From NCBI GenBank assembly GCA_000004985.1, contig GG738850.1: 64,000 nucleotides of DNA. The stretch is one strand, 5' to 3'. Shown here piece after piece: positions 1 to 10,704 of this stretch. The translations under genes were made by a program, and so were the position numbers. Source of the DNA: Naegleria gruberi (taxonomy: Eukaryota). Under the pieces are notes generated by a model. The model saw only the letters and a list, made by a program, of their open reading frames with translations. It was not told where the DNA came from and ran no database searches. How positions within the stretch are numbered: the first letter of the stretch is position 1; every line of letters begins with the position of its first letter.

Positions 1-67
1 TTTAATAAAAGTCTGAATCACCTCTTTCAGTACTTACTTCGAAGCATTATATAATAGGTTGAGTGAA

Positions 68-1446
68 ATGGATGAATATGGAGAAGAAACTTTGTACATT
101 ATCAAATATTGTTATGAAATGATTGATACAATCCCACCAGGCTTAATTATTAGAGTAATGAATGAGGCACATAAACATGAAATTAAGGAATTGAATGATA
201 TTGCTTGTGATCAAGTGGAAATTACAGAAATTAATTTTGAAGAGTTCATTAATAGTCTTTACGACCATGTAGAAGATGGCTTTGAAATACTGTCTCATTT
301 GCAAACATTGAAGTGCTACTTAGAACTACGTTTAAATAAAAAAATGACAACAAATCCATTGCCAATTCTTGTGCTTGATAATGGTTCAGGATTGAGCAAA
401 GCAGGCTTTTCGGGAGAAGATGCTCCTCGTTCTGTGTTTCCAACAGTGATAGGAAGACAACTTCTCAACAAAAAGAACGTTAGATGTATTGATGCCTTTG
501 TTGGAGAGGAGGCAATAAAGAGAGATCTCTCCTCTGTAAAAAAGTATCCGATTGAGAGAGGAATTATAAAGAATTTTGATGATATGGAAGTGATTTGGAA
601 TCATACATTTTGTAATGAATTGAAGGTTAATTCGGAAAATTGTTGTGTAATGTTGAGTGAAGTTTGTTTGAATCCAAAGGAGAAGCGTGAAAAGATGACT
701 GAAATATTGTTCGAAACTTTTAATGTTTCCGCTCTTTATTGTTTAATGCAGTCAGTTTTGTCTCTGTATGCGTCTGGAAGAGTTACTGGACTAGTGATTG
801 ATTTAGGTGATGGTGTTTCACATACTGTCCCAGTTTATGAGGGATATGCTTTTTTATTATCAAGTTCAAGATTGGATTTAGCTGGAAGAAATTTGACAGA
901 TTACTTAACTACATTATTATTGGAATCAGGGCATAATTTTAGTTCTTCAATTGGAAATTCTAATATTTCAGGACATGAAATTGTAAGGAATATTAAGGAA
1001 AAGTTATGTTATATTGCTTTGGATTTCGATGAAGAATCAAAGAAATCAATTTCATATGAATTACCAGATGGCAGCAAAATAACAGTTGGAAATGAGCGGT
1101 TCAGATGTCCAGAAATATTATTCGAGCCAAATTATTTAGGAATTGAGCGAGATGGAATTCATAAGCTGGCTGCTAGACATTGATTTGAGAGGAGAATTAT
1201 ATTCGAATATTTTACTTTCGGGGGGATCATTCATGCTCGAAGGATTATCTGAAAGACTACACAAAGAACTGACAACCTTAGTACCCATCTCTACCAACAT
1301 TAATATTATTTCTCCTCCAGAGAGAAAGCATTCAGCATGGATTGGTGGAAGCTTACTCTTCCTTTCCAACATTTCAGAGTATGTGGATAAGAAAATACGA
1401 CTATGAAGAGAGTGGCCCTTCAATAATACATAGGAAATCATTGTAG
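68..1446 (+). pseudogene. Divergent actin-like gene with two +1 frame discontinuities near the 3' end, likely a pseudogene. It has an N-terminal extension of about 95 aa before the actin fold.
   Basis: Frame 2 (68-1183) encodes actin motifs ([42 protein letters not shown]). Actin homology continues in frame 0 ([22 protein letters not shown]...[15 protein letters not shown]) and then in frame 1 ([25 protein letters not shown], stop at 1444-1446). Each switch needs one nucleotide skipped, near 1163-1166 and at 1368. Frame 2 starts with TTG at 59 in the ORF track; the first ATG is at 68. Confidence 0.55.
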
Positions 1447-1492
1447 GCAGGCTATCCAATAATCAATTTGTAAATTTTGAAATTGAAAAAAA

Positions 1493-2779
1493 ATGTCTCA
1501 AGATGTTCTCTGCCACGCCTTCAGTTTTCTTGATTATTCCTACACAACGACACTCTCACTAGTTTGCAAGGAGTGGTATCAGATTGCCAACTCAAATGCA
1601 CTGTGGGAATTTTACTTTCATTTATTAACGAATAATAAGAAGGGTAAAACAAGGGTTTCGTCTTGTTCAGTTTCCGTAGATGATTTATTCTGGAAAAACA
1701 AGATTCGGGATAATTTTTCGCAATATGCCTGCAGAATTTCAAAGAAATTGTCATTGGAATCAAAGTGCTATTTGAATTTGAAGTATAAATTTCCTGATAA
1801 TTTCTCATCTCAAGTGGTAAAGATGATTTTATCGAGAATTTTATTGGAAAGTTTGGAATCAACTGACAACTTTGATTTTCCATTCAAAACTCATAAGTTA
1901 TCAGATGATTATGAGGACGGACCACTACATTTCAAAATGAAGTTTAAAATTAGTGGAATTGATGAGCCATTGATCGTGAGATGGTTTGGAATTGTTCAAA
2001 ATGGTTTTTTCTTATTTGGATATTATTACACAAATGGATATTATATATATTTTGCTACAGAGAGTGATGATAAACTTAATGCTAAATATTTTGCAGGATC
2101 TTCTGTTGATCTAAATGGAATAGCTCAACAAGGTCGAGCATTTATTTACCATTTCAACTCGAAAAATATGCCAGCCGATGTTTGGGGAAGACAATATTTG
2201 TGTAGTACTATTCTATCTCACATTGTTCCAACCGTTAAGCAATATGAATTATCCCCAATTGAGTTTGTTCCGTATTGGTGTTTTTTATTTCCATTAATCA
2301 TTCACTCCATGTCAGATAATGCAGTAACTTTTTCAAAAGAATTTGTTAAACACTATCCTAATATCATTTCCAATCGATTAATGTATCATTACATGGCTAA
2401 TTATTATAAGAATAGATACACATTTGATAAGAAAATTGCTTTGATTTTTGAAAATTACCGTCCAAACACTGAAATTCAGAAAAAACTCTGCAAGTGCATT
2501 ATCAAAAACAAAAAGTTGCCTCCTTTCAATCCAAGAAAGAAGCAAGAATCAACTCTAATGCAAGAAACAGTGACTTTGTTGAGAGAAATTATTCCCAGCC
2601 GTACTTTGAAATTTATTTGTGGACAAGCGCCTCTCAATCTAAAACCTGAAGAAGAATTTATTCGAAATGCACAAACATTAGCAACATTTTACAAATTGTT
2701 AAAAAATCCAGAAGAAATGAAGGAAGTATTTCTTAATTACAAGTTTAAAAGACCACACCAGCTCGAACAATTTCCTTAA
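1493..2779 (+). CDS. F-box-like protein, 428 aa, single exon
   Basis: Uninterrupted ORF with ATG at 1493 after an A-run. The N-terminus LCHAFSFLDYSYTTTLSLVCKEWYQIANSNALWEFYF matches the F-box consensus; the rest has no recognisable domain. Confidence 0.55.
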   Translation: MSQDVLCHAFSFLDYSYTTTLSLVCKEWYQIANSNALWEFYFHLLTNNKKGKTRVSSCSVSVDDLFWKNKIRDNFSQYACRISKKLSLESKCYLNLKYKFPDNFSSQVVKMILSRILLESLESTDNFDFPFKTHKLSDDYEDGPLHFKMKFKISGIDEPLIVRWFGIVQNGFFLFGYYYTNGYYIYFATESDDKLNAKYFAGSSVDLNGIAQQGRAFIYHFNSKNMPADVWGRQYLCSTILSHIVPTVKQYELSPIEFVPYWCFLFPLIIHSMSDNAVTFSKEFVKHYPNIISNRLMYHYMANYYKNRYTFDKKIALIFENYRPNTEIQKKLCKCIIKNKKLPPFNPRKKQESTLMQETVTLLREIIPSRTLKFICGQAPLNLKPEEEFIRNAQTLATFYKLLKNPEEMKEVFLNYKFKRPHQLEQFP

Positions 2780-2899
2780 GGTGGCGGTTCGCCTATTTTA
2801 ATTGGAAGTGCAAATGTTGGTTTACAAATATTCGAATATCTATTTTTGGCAAAATGGTAAATTTAGTAATTTTAATAAAAAATCATTTATGAACACAAT

Positions 2900-4849
2900 T
2901 CAAACTTTCTTGTTATTAGTACACTTATTGGGAGAACAAGAACATTTTGATGTACAAGGCTTTCCAGCTTTCTTACATGGACACGCTTTCTTACAGGTGG
3001 AACTCTTGGAACAAGTGCATTTTCCGATCATTCCTTTGCTTGGTGGTGGTGGCTTGGTTTCTTTGTTAGCCTTTCGCAACTCTACTCGCCTAACTTTGTA
3101 CGTTTTAGATTGTTTTCTGATTTTATCTTGTTCATATTTTGCATCCAATTTACGAGCATCAATTTTGGACATTATGAATGGAGCTTCGGTAAATTTTTGA
3201 ATTTTCCTTAATTGACAAAATTTTCCCATTAAGCGTTGCCCTATTGCTAAATCAGCTCTTCCACAATAATTATGACTAAAGTCCAATGTTTTTGGCGTGG
3301 TGTGACAAATGGTACTATGTAATGATTCATTGGTTTGGCTGTTATATTCAGAGTTACAAAATTTGTGACAATATTTGATCCTCTTGTCAAATATTTCTTG
3401 CACTATGATTGCTTCTTCTTTTGTAATTAATTTTTGACTTTTTGTTGTTCCAGGACAACCTTCATCGCATTTTGAGTGATCATTTTGTAAATGATATGGA
3501 TATGCTGTTAATAATTTTTTCAACTTCTTCTCAGCTTCTGAATCAGAGAGAGAACTTGTCATTTTGATACATTTTCTGAATGATTCAACCACAATGACTG
3601 CAACACGAGGAATTCTCTCTTTAGCTTCTTTTCTAACGTTTCTGACAACGTGATTGGGATCTAATTTTTCTTCGGCTGTTGGTTCAAGTTTCTTGATTAT
3701 GGTGGAAACAGTCGAGTCCTTATCATGCACATATGAATTGATCTTGAAATGCAAAAGTCCATGACCTGTTAGTGGAAAAGATTTATGTTGCAATGATGTG
3801 ATAGCCATTTTGCATGCCTCTGGTTCCATTAATTTGGAAGCGCCAACAAATATATCTAGACAACCTTTTAAGGCAATGCTACGCTTCTTTAAAGTTCTCT
3901 TCTTAATCACATGTGATCTTTCAATAATTTTTTTGAATTTAGTTTCGAACACAATTAATGTACATTCGTGAGCATTTCGTCTTGAAGAATATCTTGCATC
4001 AACAGAAATATCCAAAGGGATAGCAAAACCACAGACGTACAAATAAATTATTGCCACAACTTCATTCCCTAAATAATAAGACTTTCCACAAATCTTAATT
4101 TCACAAAGCATGAACAAGGAAACAGCTGCCTTCATTCTCTGATATGCCACAGAAAACAATTCCTCGTTCATTTCTTGATTTAACAATCTACTCATATTGT
4201 TCCATAACTTGTTAGCATATTGATAATAAACTCCTTTGCTAACTAACGGTAATTCCACAACCTTTGAAAATGTTGACAATGATTCATAAGTACCTGATGA
4301 CAGTTCGTACGACTGAATGATATGTTTGTTCAGTTTAAGATCTTTTGGACACGTTCTGAAAGTGTACGTCTTCTTACAATTGCTGCAAGAAAAAATCAAC
4401 GTCTGCTCAAAGCCATACTTGGTAATACTTTTAAAAGGTACATCACTATTATGGCAACAAGTGCAATGCTTTGGTTTAATACATTGAATGAGGTACTCTG
4501 TTGGTATGATGGATAGATTGGAATCTATTTTCTCAATGATTTCATTTCTGTCAAGTGGTGCTATAGTTCCAATAGTGGTTTCAGAATGTAAATGAAATTG
4601 ATAAGATTGATTTTGAGTAGAGGTATCGTGTTGCACTGTTTGAATTGTCCTCAAGTTTGAGTTTGTGAATTTTTTCTCCATTTCATGATATTTGTCAAGA
4701 AATTGCTTATAATGTCGACAACAAATAGTGCCATTCAGTTCCTTGTGGTGAATAGGAACTTTGCCAACAAATCCATTCTTTACATTATAGAATCTTGGTG
4801 ACAAAACACCTGATTTTACTACGCACACAAAACACAACTCTCTTTTCAT
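2900..4849 (-). CDS. Hypothetical 649-aa protein with Cys/His-rich N-terminal and central regions and a C-terminal tesmin/TSO1-like CXC cysteine cluster
   Basis: Single long ORF with ATG at 4849 (reverse complement). The C-terminus CTCSKSSTCKKACPCKKAGKPCTSKCSCSPNKC fits the CXC pattern C-X-C-X5-C-X3-C-X-C-X6-C-X3-C-X-C-X4-C. The N-terminus has CFVC...CCRHY zinc-finger-like spacing. The central region contains acidic residues in a pattern suggestive of a DDE-like fold, but nothing could be aligned by eye. Confidence 0.5.
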   Translation of the reverse strand: MKRELCFVCVVKSGVLSPRFYNVKNGFVGKVPIHHKELNGTICCRHYKQFLDKYHEMEKKFTNSNLRTIQTVQHDTSTQNQSYQFHLHSETTIGTIAPLDRNEIIEKIDSNLSIIPTEYLIQCIKPKHCTCCHNSDVPFKSITKYGFEQTLIFSCSNCKKTYTFRTCPKDLKLNKHIIQSYELSSGTYESLSTFSKVVELPLVSKGVYYQYANKLWNNMSRLLNQEMNEELFSVAYQRMKAAVSLFMLCEIKICGKSYYLGNEVVAIIYLYVCGFAIPLDISVDARYSSRRNAHECTLIVFETKFKKIIERSHVIKKRTLKKRSIALKGCLDIFVGASKLMEPEACKMAITSLQHKSFPLTGHGLLHFKINSYVHDKDSTVSTIIKKLEPTAEEKLDPNHVVRNVRKEAKERIPRVAVIVVESFRKCIKMTSSLSDSEAEKKLKKLLTAYPYHLQNDHSKCDEGCPGTTKSQKLITKEEAIIVQEIFDKRIKYCHKFCNSEYNSQTNESLHSTICHTTPKTLDFSHNYCGRADLAIGQRLMGKFCQLRKIQKFTEAPFIMSKIDARKLDAKYEQDKIRKQSKTYKVRRVELRKANKETKPPPPSKGMIGKCTCSKSSTCKKACPCKKAGKPCTSKCSCSPNKCTNNKKV

Positions 4850-5323
4850 TTTTTTGTGATTATTTTGTTGTTTGATTATTTTGTGTGTATTTCAAAACAG
4901 CCAAACTTTGCTTAAAATCACAATCAAAGCATTAGCAAACATCTCGGAAACAATTCATTAGATAGACAACTTGTAGTTGGATCGTGTGTATTCTCTGATG
5001 AGTGAAACTAGGTGAAACTGGCACAGTAACATTCAAATTATAAATAACAAAAATTAAATATTTGTGATGACGATAGAAAATTGATGATTAAAAACTTGAA
5101 GAGTATTAGACATCAAACAGGCAAGCAGAATAAAAGATGAATTGAAGATGGTTTATAATAGCTTGTCCAATGCGAGTGTAAAGGAGCAAAATTGTATTTC
5201 ATTGCAAACATTTTTTTTTTCATTGAAGGAATATTTTTGGAAGACCCACCTTAACAAACTTTACAAAACCTTGTAAGTGAATTTAACTGTTGATTAAAAA
5301 TAGCTGGAAAAAATTTAAAAAAA

Positions 5324-6064
5324 ATGAGAACAAGGATTGTGATTGGAAAGCATTCATTTCAATCCATTGAAGATGAACAACACAAATCGGACAAGAAACA
5401 ATTAAAAAGTAAACTAACAAAAGAGTTTGAATCTTCCGAAGATATTTTGAAAAGCTTTGATGACTTGAAGGGAGTTATTGAAAACTATTTGAAAGAATTT
5501 GATGATCAAATAGAAATAGCTACTTTTAGAATTACTGCTAGAATAAAAACCACAACTACGAGACAAAAACCAATTGGTTTGAGAGATGAAGGTGATTTCA
5601 GCAAATTAGTTGAGTTGGTGAAAATGTTGAATGATCAAGAAGAAGAGGCCATGTTGACCATCAAGTTGGATAGTAAGGAAAAGAAACATCATAAAAAACA
5701 TAAGAAGGAGAAGAGAAAACGAAATGAAGTGGCAGACGAAGATGATGGTAGTGATGAAGAAATTGATAACAAGAAGAAGCAAATTAAAACACTAACAGAA
5801 ATGATTGAAAATAGCAAGCAACAGTTGAAGGGTTTGCAATCTGAATTGAGTGAGCTTAAGGTGATGAAATCTAATGAAAATCAAATAACTGGTATGATGA
5901 ATAGTGTATCACTTGATTCTCAACCAAAGGAAGAGAATACTTCATCTTCTAAAACAATTGAAGAGCGTCAGCAAATCAAAAGAGAAAGAAAGAATAAGAA
6001 AGAAAGAAAACATGACAAACATGGTAAAGATAAATATGAGAAAAAGAAGAAACATCTCAAGTAA
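5324..6064 (+). CDS. Lys/Glu-rich coiled-coil protein, 246 aa
   Basis: ORF with ATG at 5324 after aaaaaaa. Charged low-complexity C-terminal half (KKHHKKHKKEKRKR...). No recognisable domain. Confidence 0.4.
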   Translation: MRTRIVIGKHSFQSIEDEQHKSDKKQLKSKLTKEFESSEDILKSFDDLKGVIENYLKEFDDQIEIATFRITARIKTTTTRQKPIGLRDEGDFSKLVELVKMLNDQEEEAMLTIKLDSKEKKHHKKHKKEKRKRNEVADEDDGSDEEIDNKKKQIKTLTEMIENSKQQLKGLQSELSELKVMKSNENQITGMMNSVSLDSQPKEENTSSSKTIEERQQIKRERKNKKERKHDKHGKDKYEKKKKHLK

Positions 6065-6186
6065 TAGTTGGTACTCACACATTTGTTGTGTTGAGAAAAT
6101 GCATTTATAGCTGGATTCTGGAATGTAACTATATGCCAACAATAAACATCTCAAATTACTCAAATTCTAATGTGCTAGTGTACCAT

Positions 6187-8029
6187 TTAAATATTTCGAA
6201 ATGATGAATAGTCATTATTGAGCTCAAGCTCTTCTCCTCCGAGCTTGGATGGAAGACGCACTTTTTCCAGCCTTCTCTTGGAGGTTGTCAAATCCATCCA
6301 TGAATTTGAATATCTTAATGTGTTGACCATATTCTTTCTCATCTTCCATTTCTTCCTTCTAACATAAATCTTTCTACATAGCCAAAAACTTGTCAACAAC
6401 AGTAAGAATGACACTAATAACAACACCCCAGTAGAGGTTCCAATTGTAATCCACATACTTGTGCTGGATTCTTCATCCATACAATATCCACAATAATTAC
6501 AACTCTTTCCTTCTTCAATTCTCAACATTTGAAGATATTCGTCTGGAATTTTCTTTGGACAAGTAAATCTTTGGGCTCTTTCTTTGAATTCTGTTGAATT
6601 TTCAATAAATCTGGCCGAAATGGCAGCTAATGCAACTCCCAAAAACCTTCCCTTAGAAGTTGAGCATGAAGTTGAAACAGTGACTACATTTCCCAACCCT
6701 GTTACATCACCAAAAGGACCTATCCAAGTTGCATCTCTTTCTTCATATCTTGCACTGAGATATTCATAGTACGATCCCATACTCGTGGTTAAATCTTGAA
6801 TTCTTTTATCTTCAATTACACTCCAAAGCCCACGATTCTCACAAGCAATTCTCTTTGGTATTTCTGTGTCTGCCACTGATCCCAAACTAAAGCCAAATAT
6901 TTTTGCTTGATATTCAATGTTTCTTTTACGTATAAGTGGAATGGGATTAGCTCCTTTTGTAATTGTGCCATCAGTAAGGAACAACACCACCCTGTCACAT
7001 GTAGAGCTGGCTATTTCCTCAGATCTATCAAACAAATTAAAAGTTTCATTGAATGCTGCTTCAAAATTAGTTGAACCAAAGGGCATCATATTCTCAATAC
7101 AGTCTATCAAAGTTTTCTTATTCTGTGCTGTTGCCTTCAGGAGGAACTCTGTTTGTTTTTTGCAAGTAAAAGCGCCAGCATTAAACAGTACTATTCCAAC
7201 ATAATCCTTCTCTGTCAGATAATTGATAACTGAACGAGTTGCATAAATTGCATTCTCCAGTCTATGGTAAGCACCCATTGATGATGAAACATCCAAGATA
7301 ATTATAATTGATTTGGATGTTGAGGCTGTGCCCATAAACCATCCTCTTAACCTTGGATCAAATCCTGGACAATCCTTTGGAGGATCTCCCAATTTGCATG
7401 CTGTTGGAGTTTCTGGTTCAGCAAATCTCCATTTATAACCAGGATATATTTGTGAAACACCTTTTGGTGATGTGAATATTTGTCTCTTAATAAATGGAAA
7501 CTTCTGCATGTTCGAGATGAATGTTGGACGGATTGAGCCTGCCATACATTCAACTGATTTGAGTTGTGGCTGCTTTCTATTAATGTGTGGTGAGTATAAG
7601 ACCTTTCATTTCACTATTTAACATTTCCCTCAATTGAATTTAACATACCACTGGATATTTGAGAGAAAGCTTCTCTCCTTGACATCGACATTCTCCACCT
7701 GTTCCAAATCCTTGAACACAATCAAAAAAAGGTATTCTCCTTTCAAGTTGTGGGTCACATGTATCAAAATAGACACATTCACGTTGATCAAAGGAAGAGA
7801 ATTTAGAGTAAAAATCTTCTGCAGTTCTGCACAAATCAAAAACAGCTTTTTCCAATTGATCCAATAACTGTTTATCCTCCTCACTTCCGACAATTAAATG
7901 TACTCCAATAGATATAATAACGAGTAATATTAATATTTTGTATTGTGTTCGGTGGCTGTTCCATAACCTTAATAATTGTTTGGATGGATAATTTTTCAGC
8001 TTGACTTTTCCTCTGTCCAATTTGCGCAT
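6187..8029 (-). CDS. Type I membrane protein with an extracellular von Willebrand factor A (VWA) domain. Two exons: 8029..7649 and 7569..6187.
   Basis: Exon 1 (ATG at 8029) encodes a signal-anchor/TM segment (ILILLVIISIGVHLIVG) and a Cys-containing stretch. A GTATGT donor lies at 7648 and a CAG acceptor at 7570 (79-nt intron, phase 0), giving exon lengths of 381 and 1383 nt. Exon 2 has a VWA/MIDAS-like core (IIILDVSSSM, VVLFLTDGTITKG), a C-terminal TM (WITIGTSTGVLLLVSFLLLLTSFWLC) and a basic tail. Confidence 0.6.
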
Positions 8030-8153
8030 TTTGTTTTATTAAATTAAATCACTAAGGATTACATTCGTAATAATTCTTCATCATTGACATTGCTTTCCAC
8101 ATCTCATTGAAACTAACTTTATAATTTGTATTGTACTTGTTATTGAAAAGTAA

Positions 8154-8166
8154 TTTCCCGCCAAAA
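8154..8166 (+). promoter_or_regulatory. E2F-like site TTTCCCGCCAAAA in the divergent promoter between the VWA gene and IFT88
   Basis: A GC-rich 13-mer in otherwise AT-rich intergenic DNA about 70 nt upstream of the IFT88 ATG. It matches the TTTSSCGC E2F consensus and its reverse complement TTTTGGCGGGAAA. Confidence 0.35.
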
Positions 8167-8236
8167 TATTTACAAGTTCAAAACCGCTTTAACACTTGAA
8201 ATAACATCAAACCGCCTCATCAAAACAACAAATAAA

Positions 8237-10699
8237 ATGAGTTACATGGACCATGGAGGTTATCACCAACAAGAAGAGGATTTGTATAGCTTTGGAGATG
8301 ATGGTATGGAAGATGATATGATGCAAGGAAATGCATTCTTTGGAGGAAATCCATTTTCAAATTACGGGTTTAATTCTACTGAAACATTGATGAACGATTT
8401 TGGAGAATCTAATATGGCACCAGGTACAAGAGGTGGACCAACAAGACCACTTGTTTCTGGAAATCCTTGGGGAGGCGTTCCTGGAACTGCTTCTAGAGGT
8501 GCTTTCGGAACAGCCTCGGCAGTAGGTGCTGGAGAAGAAGTACAACAAAGACCAATGACTTCTATTAATGCTGCTGGTTTTTCTTCCAAAAAGAAGGATC
8601 CACTTTCTGAAAATTTTGTTGGTGGGAGAGGAAGAGCTCCTGCCCTTCAAAAGAAGAGTGAAATCAGTGATGAGGATGCTGCAGCAGAAATGGAATTGGG
8701 GGTTCATAGATCAGTCGAAGAAAGTGCTCTTTTGTGCCAGAATAAGGATTTTGCTTTGGCTTTAGATAAAGCTAAGGAAGCAGAAAAGAGAGAAAAAGCA
8801 CTTTTAAGATTTAGAGAGGAGAAACAGATAAATCAAGAACAAAATGTGGAACTTTCATATGTAGTACAATTCAACTTAGCCCGAGTATACCAATTAAACG
8901 GAATGTATACAGAGTCTTTGGAAACTTATGAGGCTATTGTTAGGAATAAGGCCACATTTGAACATGCAGGAAGACTTAGAGTGAACATGGGTAATATTTA
9001 TTTTGAAAAAGGAGATTACCCTCTCGCGATCAAAATGTACAGAATGGCTCTGGATCAAATTACAAACGATTACAAGACCATCAGAAATAAGATTAGAAAA
9101 AATATTGGAGTTTCCTTAATTAAATTGGGACAATACTCTGATGCTATCAGCAACTTTGAGGAAGTTATCGAAAATAATAATAACGATATTGATGCTGCAT
9201 TCAATCTTGTGGTTTGCCATTTCAGTACTGGTAATAAGAAGGAAATGAGAAAGGCTTTCCTCAGATTGTTGAATGTTAATATTCCTGGTTTGCCAGCTGA
9301 TGAAGATTTGGATGATGAACATAATTCCCTGATTAATGATGCATTAAGAGATTATTTAAAGGATCACCAAAGAAAGCAATTCGATTTCATTCTTAAGAGT
9401 GCTAAACTTATTGCTGAACTAATTGAAGACGACTGGGAGAAGGGTTATGATTTCGTTATTGAACAACTCAAATCTTATGAATTGAAGAGAGAAAAGTGTA
9501 ATATTGTGAGTGAAGTTGAAATGACAAAGGCCTTAACATACATGAAACACAAGCAATTCTCCAAGGCTATTGAAGCCCTCAAGTCATTCGAAAAGAAGGA
9601 TAGAAAACTTCAAGCTAGATCAGCAACCAATCTCTCATTCTTATATCTTCTTGAAGGAGATATGAAGAATGCTGAAAAATATGCTTCAACAGCTGTAGAA
9701 TCTGACAAATACAATGCCAACGCCTTGGTTAACAGAGGTAACTGTCACTACTTAAACAAGGAATTGAGAGAAGCCAAAGAATACTATCAAAGAGCTCTTG
9801 AATGTGAATCTGACTGTGTCCAAGCAATCTACAATCTTGGTATTGTAACTAGAGATTTGAGGGAATATGAGGAATCATTGGCTTGTTTCAGAAAAGTACA
9901 TTCTATGATTCCTGAAAATATTGAAGTCATTTATCAACTTGCAAGTGTACATTCAAAGATGGGAGACAATATCACAGCAATTGAATGGTTTAATGTGCTG
10001 ATAACTCTTGTTCCAACAGATCCAGGAGTTTTATATGATTTGGGTACAATTTATGCCAAAGAAAATGATGAAAGTCAATCATTCAATTATTATTTGGAAT
10101 CTTACAAGAATTACCCAATTAACCTTGATGTTATCTCATGGCTGGGCTTCTACTTTGTCAAAAATGATATTTATGAGAAGGCTTTGGCATATTTCGAAAG
10201 AGCTTCTGAAATTCAACCAAATAAGTCTGATTGGCAGTTGATGGTAGCCAGTTGTCATAGAAGAATTGGTAATTTACAACAGGCCAAGAAATGCTATGAA
10301 AGAATTCATAATAAGGATCCTGAAAATTATGAATGTGTACAATATTTAGAACAAATCTGTAGAGATCTCAATTTAAGAAAGGAGGAAAGAATGTATGCTG
10401 AGAAGAAGGCAAAATTAAAGAATAGAATGAAGGAAAAGCAAGAAGAGCAAGAAAGGCTTAAAGAGGAATCAAAGGAAAATACTAAGGAAGAGCATGACAA
10501 ATTGCATCAAGAGCTTAAAAACCATGAAAAGACAATTGACATGGTGATTGCTGCCAACAAATCACCAACAGCTAAATCTAAACCTCAACCAACATTTGAT
10601 ATTGAAAATGATACAAATGTAAATGATCGTAAAATTGAGAATGAGGATGACATGCTTAATGTTGATGCTGATGATTACATAGATAGTCTCTATAATTAA
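8237..10699 (+). CDS. IFT88: Intraflagellar transport protein 88 (IFT88/polaris), a TPR protein, 820 aa
   Basis: Near-colinear similarity to metazoan IFT88 across the TPR region: RVNMGNIYFEKGDYPLAIKMYRMALDQ, GQYSDAISNFEEV, NALVNRGNCHY, CVQAIYNLGIVTRDL, IEVIYQLASVH, AIEWFNVLITLVPTDPGVLYDLGTIY, SQSFNYYLESYKNYP, WQLMVASCHRRIGNLQQAKKCYERIH. Confidence 0.9.
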   Translation: MSYMDHGGYHQQEEDLYSFGDDGMEDDMMQGNAFFGGNPFSNYGFNSTETLMNDFGESNMAPGTRGGPTRPLVSGNPWGGVPGTASRGAFGTASAVGAGEEVQQRPMTSINAAGFSSKKKDPLSENFVGGRGRAPALQKKSEISDEDAAAEMELGVHRSVEESALLCQNKDFALALDKAKEAEKREKALLRFREEKQINQEQNVELSYVVQFNLARVYQLNGMYTESLETYEAIVRNKATFEHAGRLRVNMGNIYFEKGDYPLAIKMYRMALDQITNDYKTIRNKIRKNIGVSLIKLGQYSDAISNFEEVIENNNNDIDAAFNLVVCHFSTGNKKEMRKAFLRLLNVNIPGLPADEDLDDEHNSLINDALRDYLKDHQRKQFDFILKSAKLIAELIEDDWEKGYDFVIEQLKSYELKREKCNIVSEVEMTKALTYMKHKQFSKAIEALKSFEKKDRKLQARSATNLSFLYLLEGDMKNAEKYASTAVESDKYNANALVNRGNCHYLNKELREAKEYYQRALECESDCVQAIYNLGIVTRDLREYEESLACFRKVHSMIPENIEVIYQLASVHSKMGDNITAIEWFNVLITLVPTDPGVLYDLGTIYAKENDESQSFNYYLESYKNYPINLDVISWLGFYFVKNDIYEKALAYFERASEIQPNKSDWQLMVASCHRRIGNLQQAKKCYERIHNKDPENYECVQYLEQICRDLNLRKEERMYAEKKAKLKNRMKEKQEEQERLKEESKENTKEEHDKLHQELKNHEKTIDMVIAANKSPTAKSKPQPTFDIENDTNVNDRKIENEDDMLNVDADDYIDSLYN

Positions 10700-10704
10700 A
10701 TAAA

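Noticed and set aside
2802-3200. Plus-strand ORF 2802..3200 (132 aa) overlapping the 3' end of the CXC-domain gene
   Set aside because: Entirely antisense to a well-supported Cys-rich coding region. Gly-run and hydrophobic composition typical of an antisense artefact.
4960-5040. CUGAUGA...GAAAC string (4998-5020) resembling a hammerhead ribozyme core or a box C snoRNA
   Set aside because: The flanking sequence does not form helices I-III, and no D box or terminal stem in the right geometry. Most likely 5' UTR sequence.
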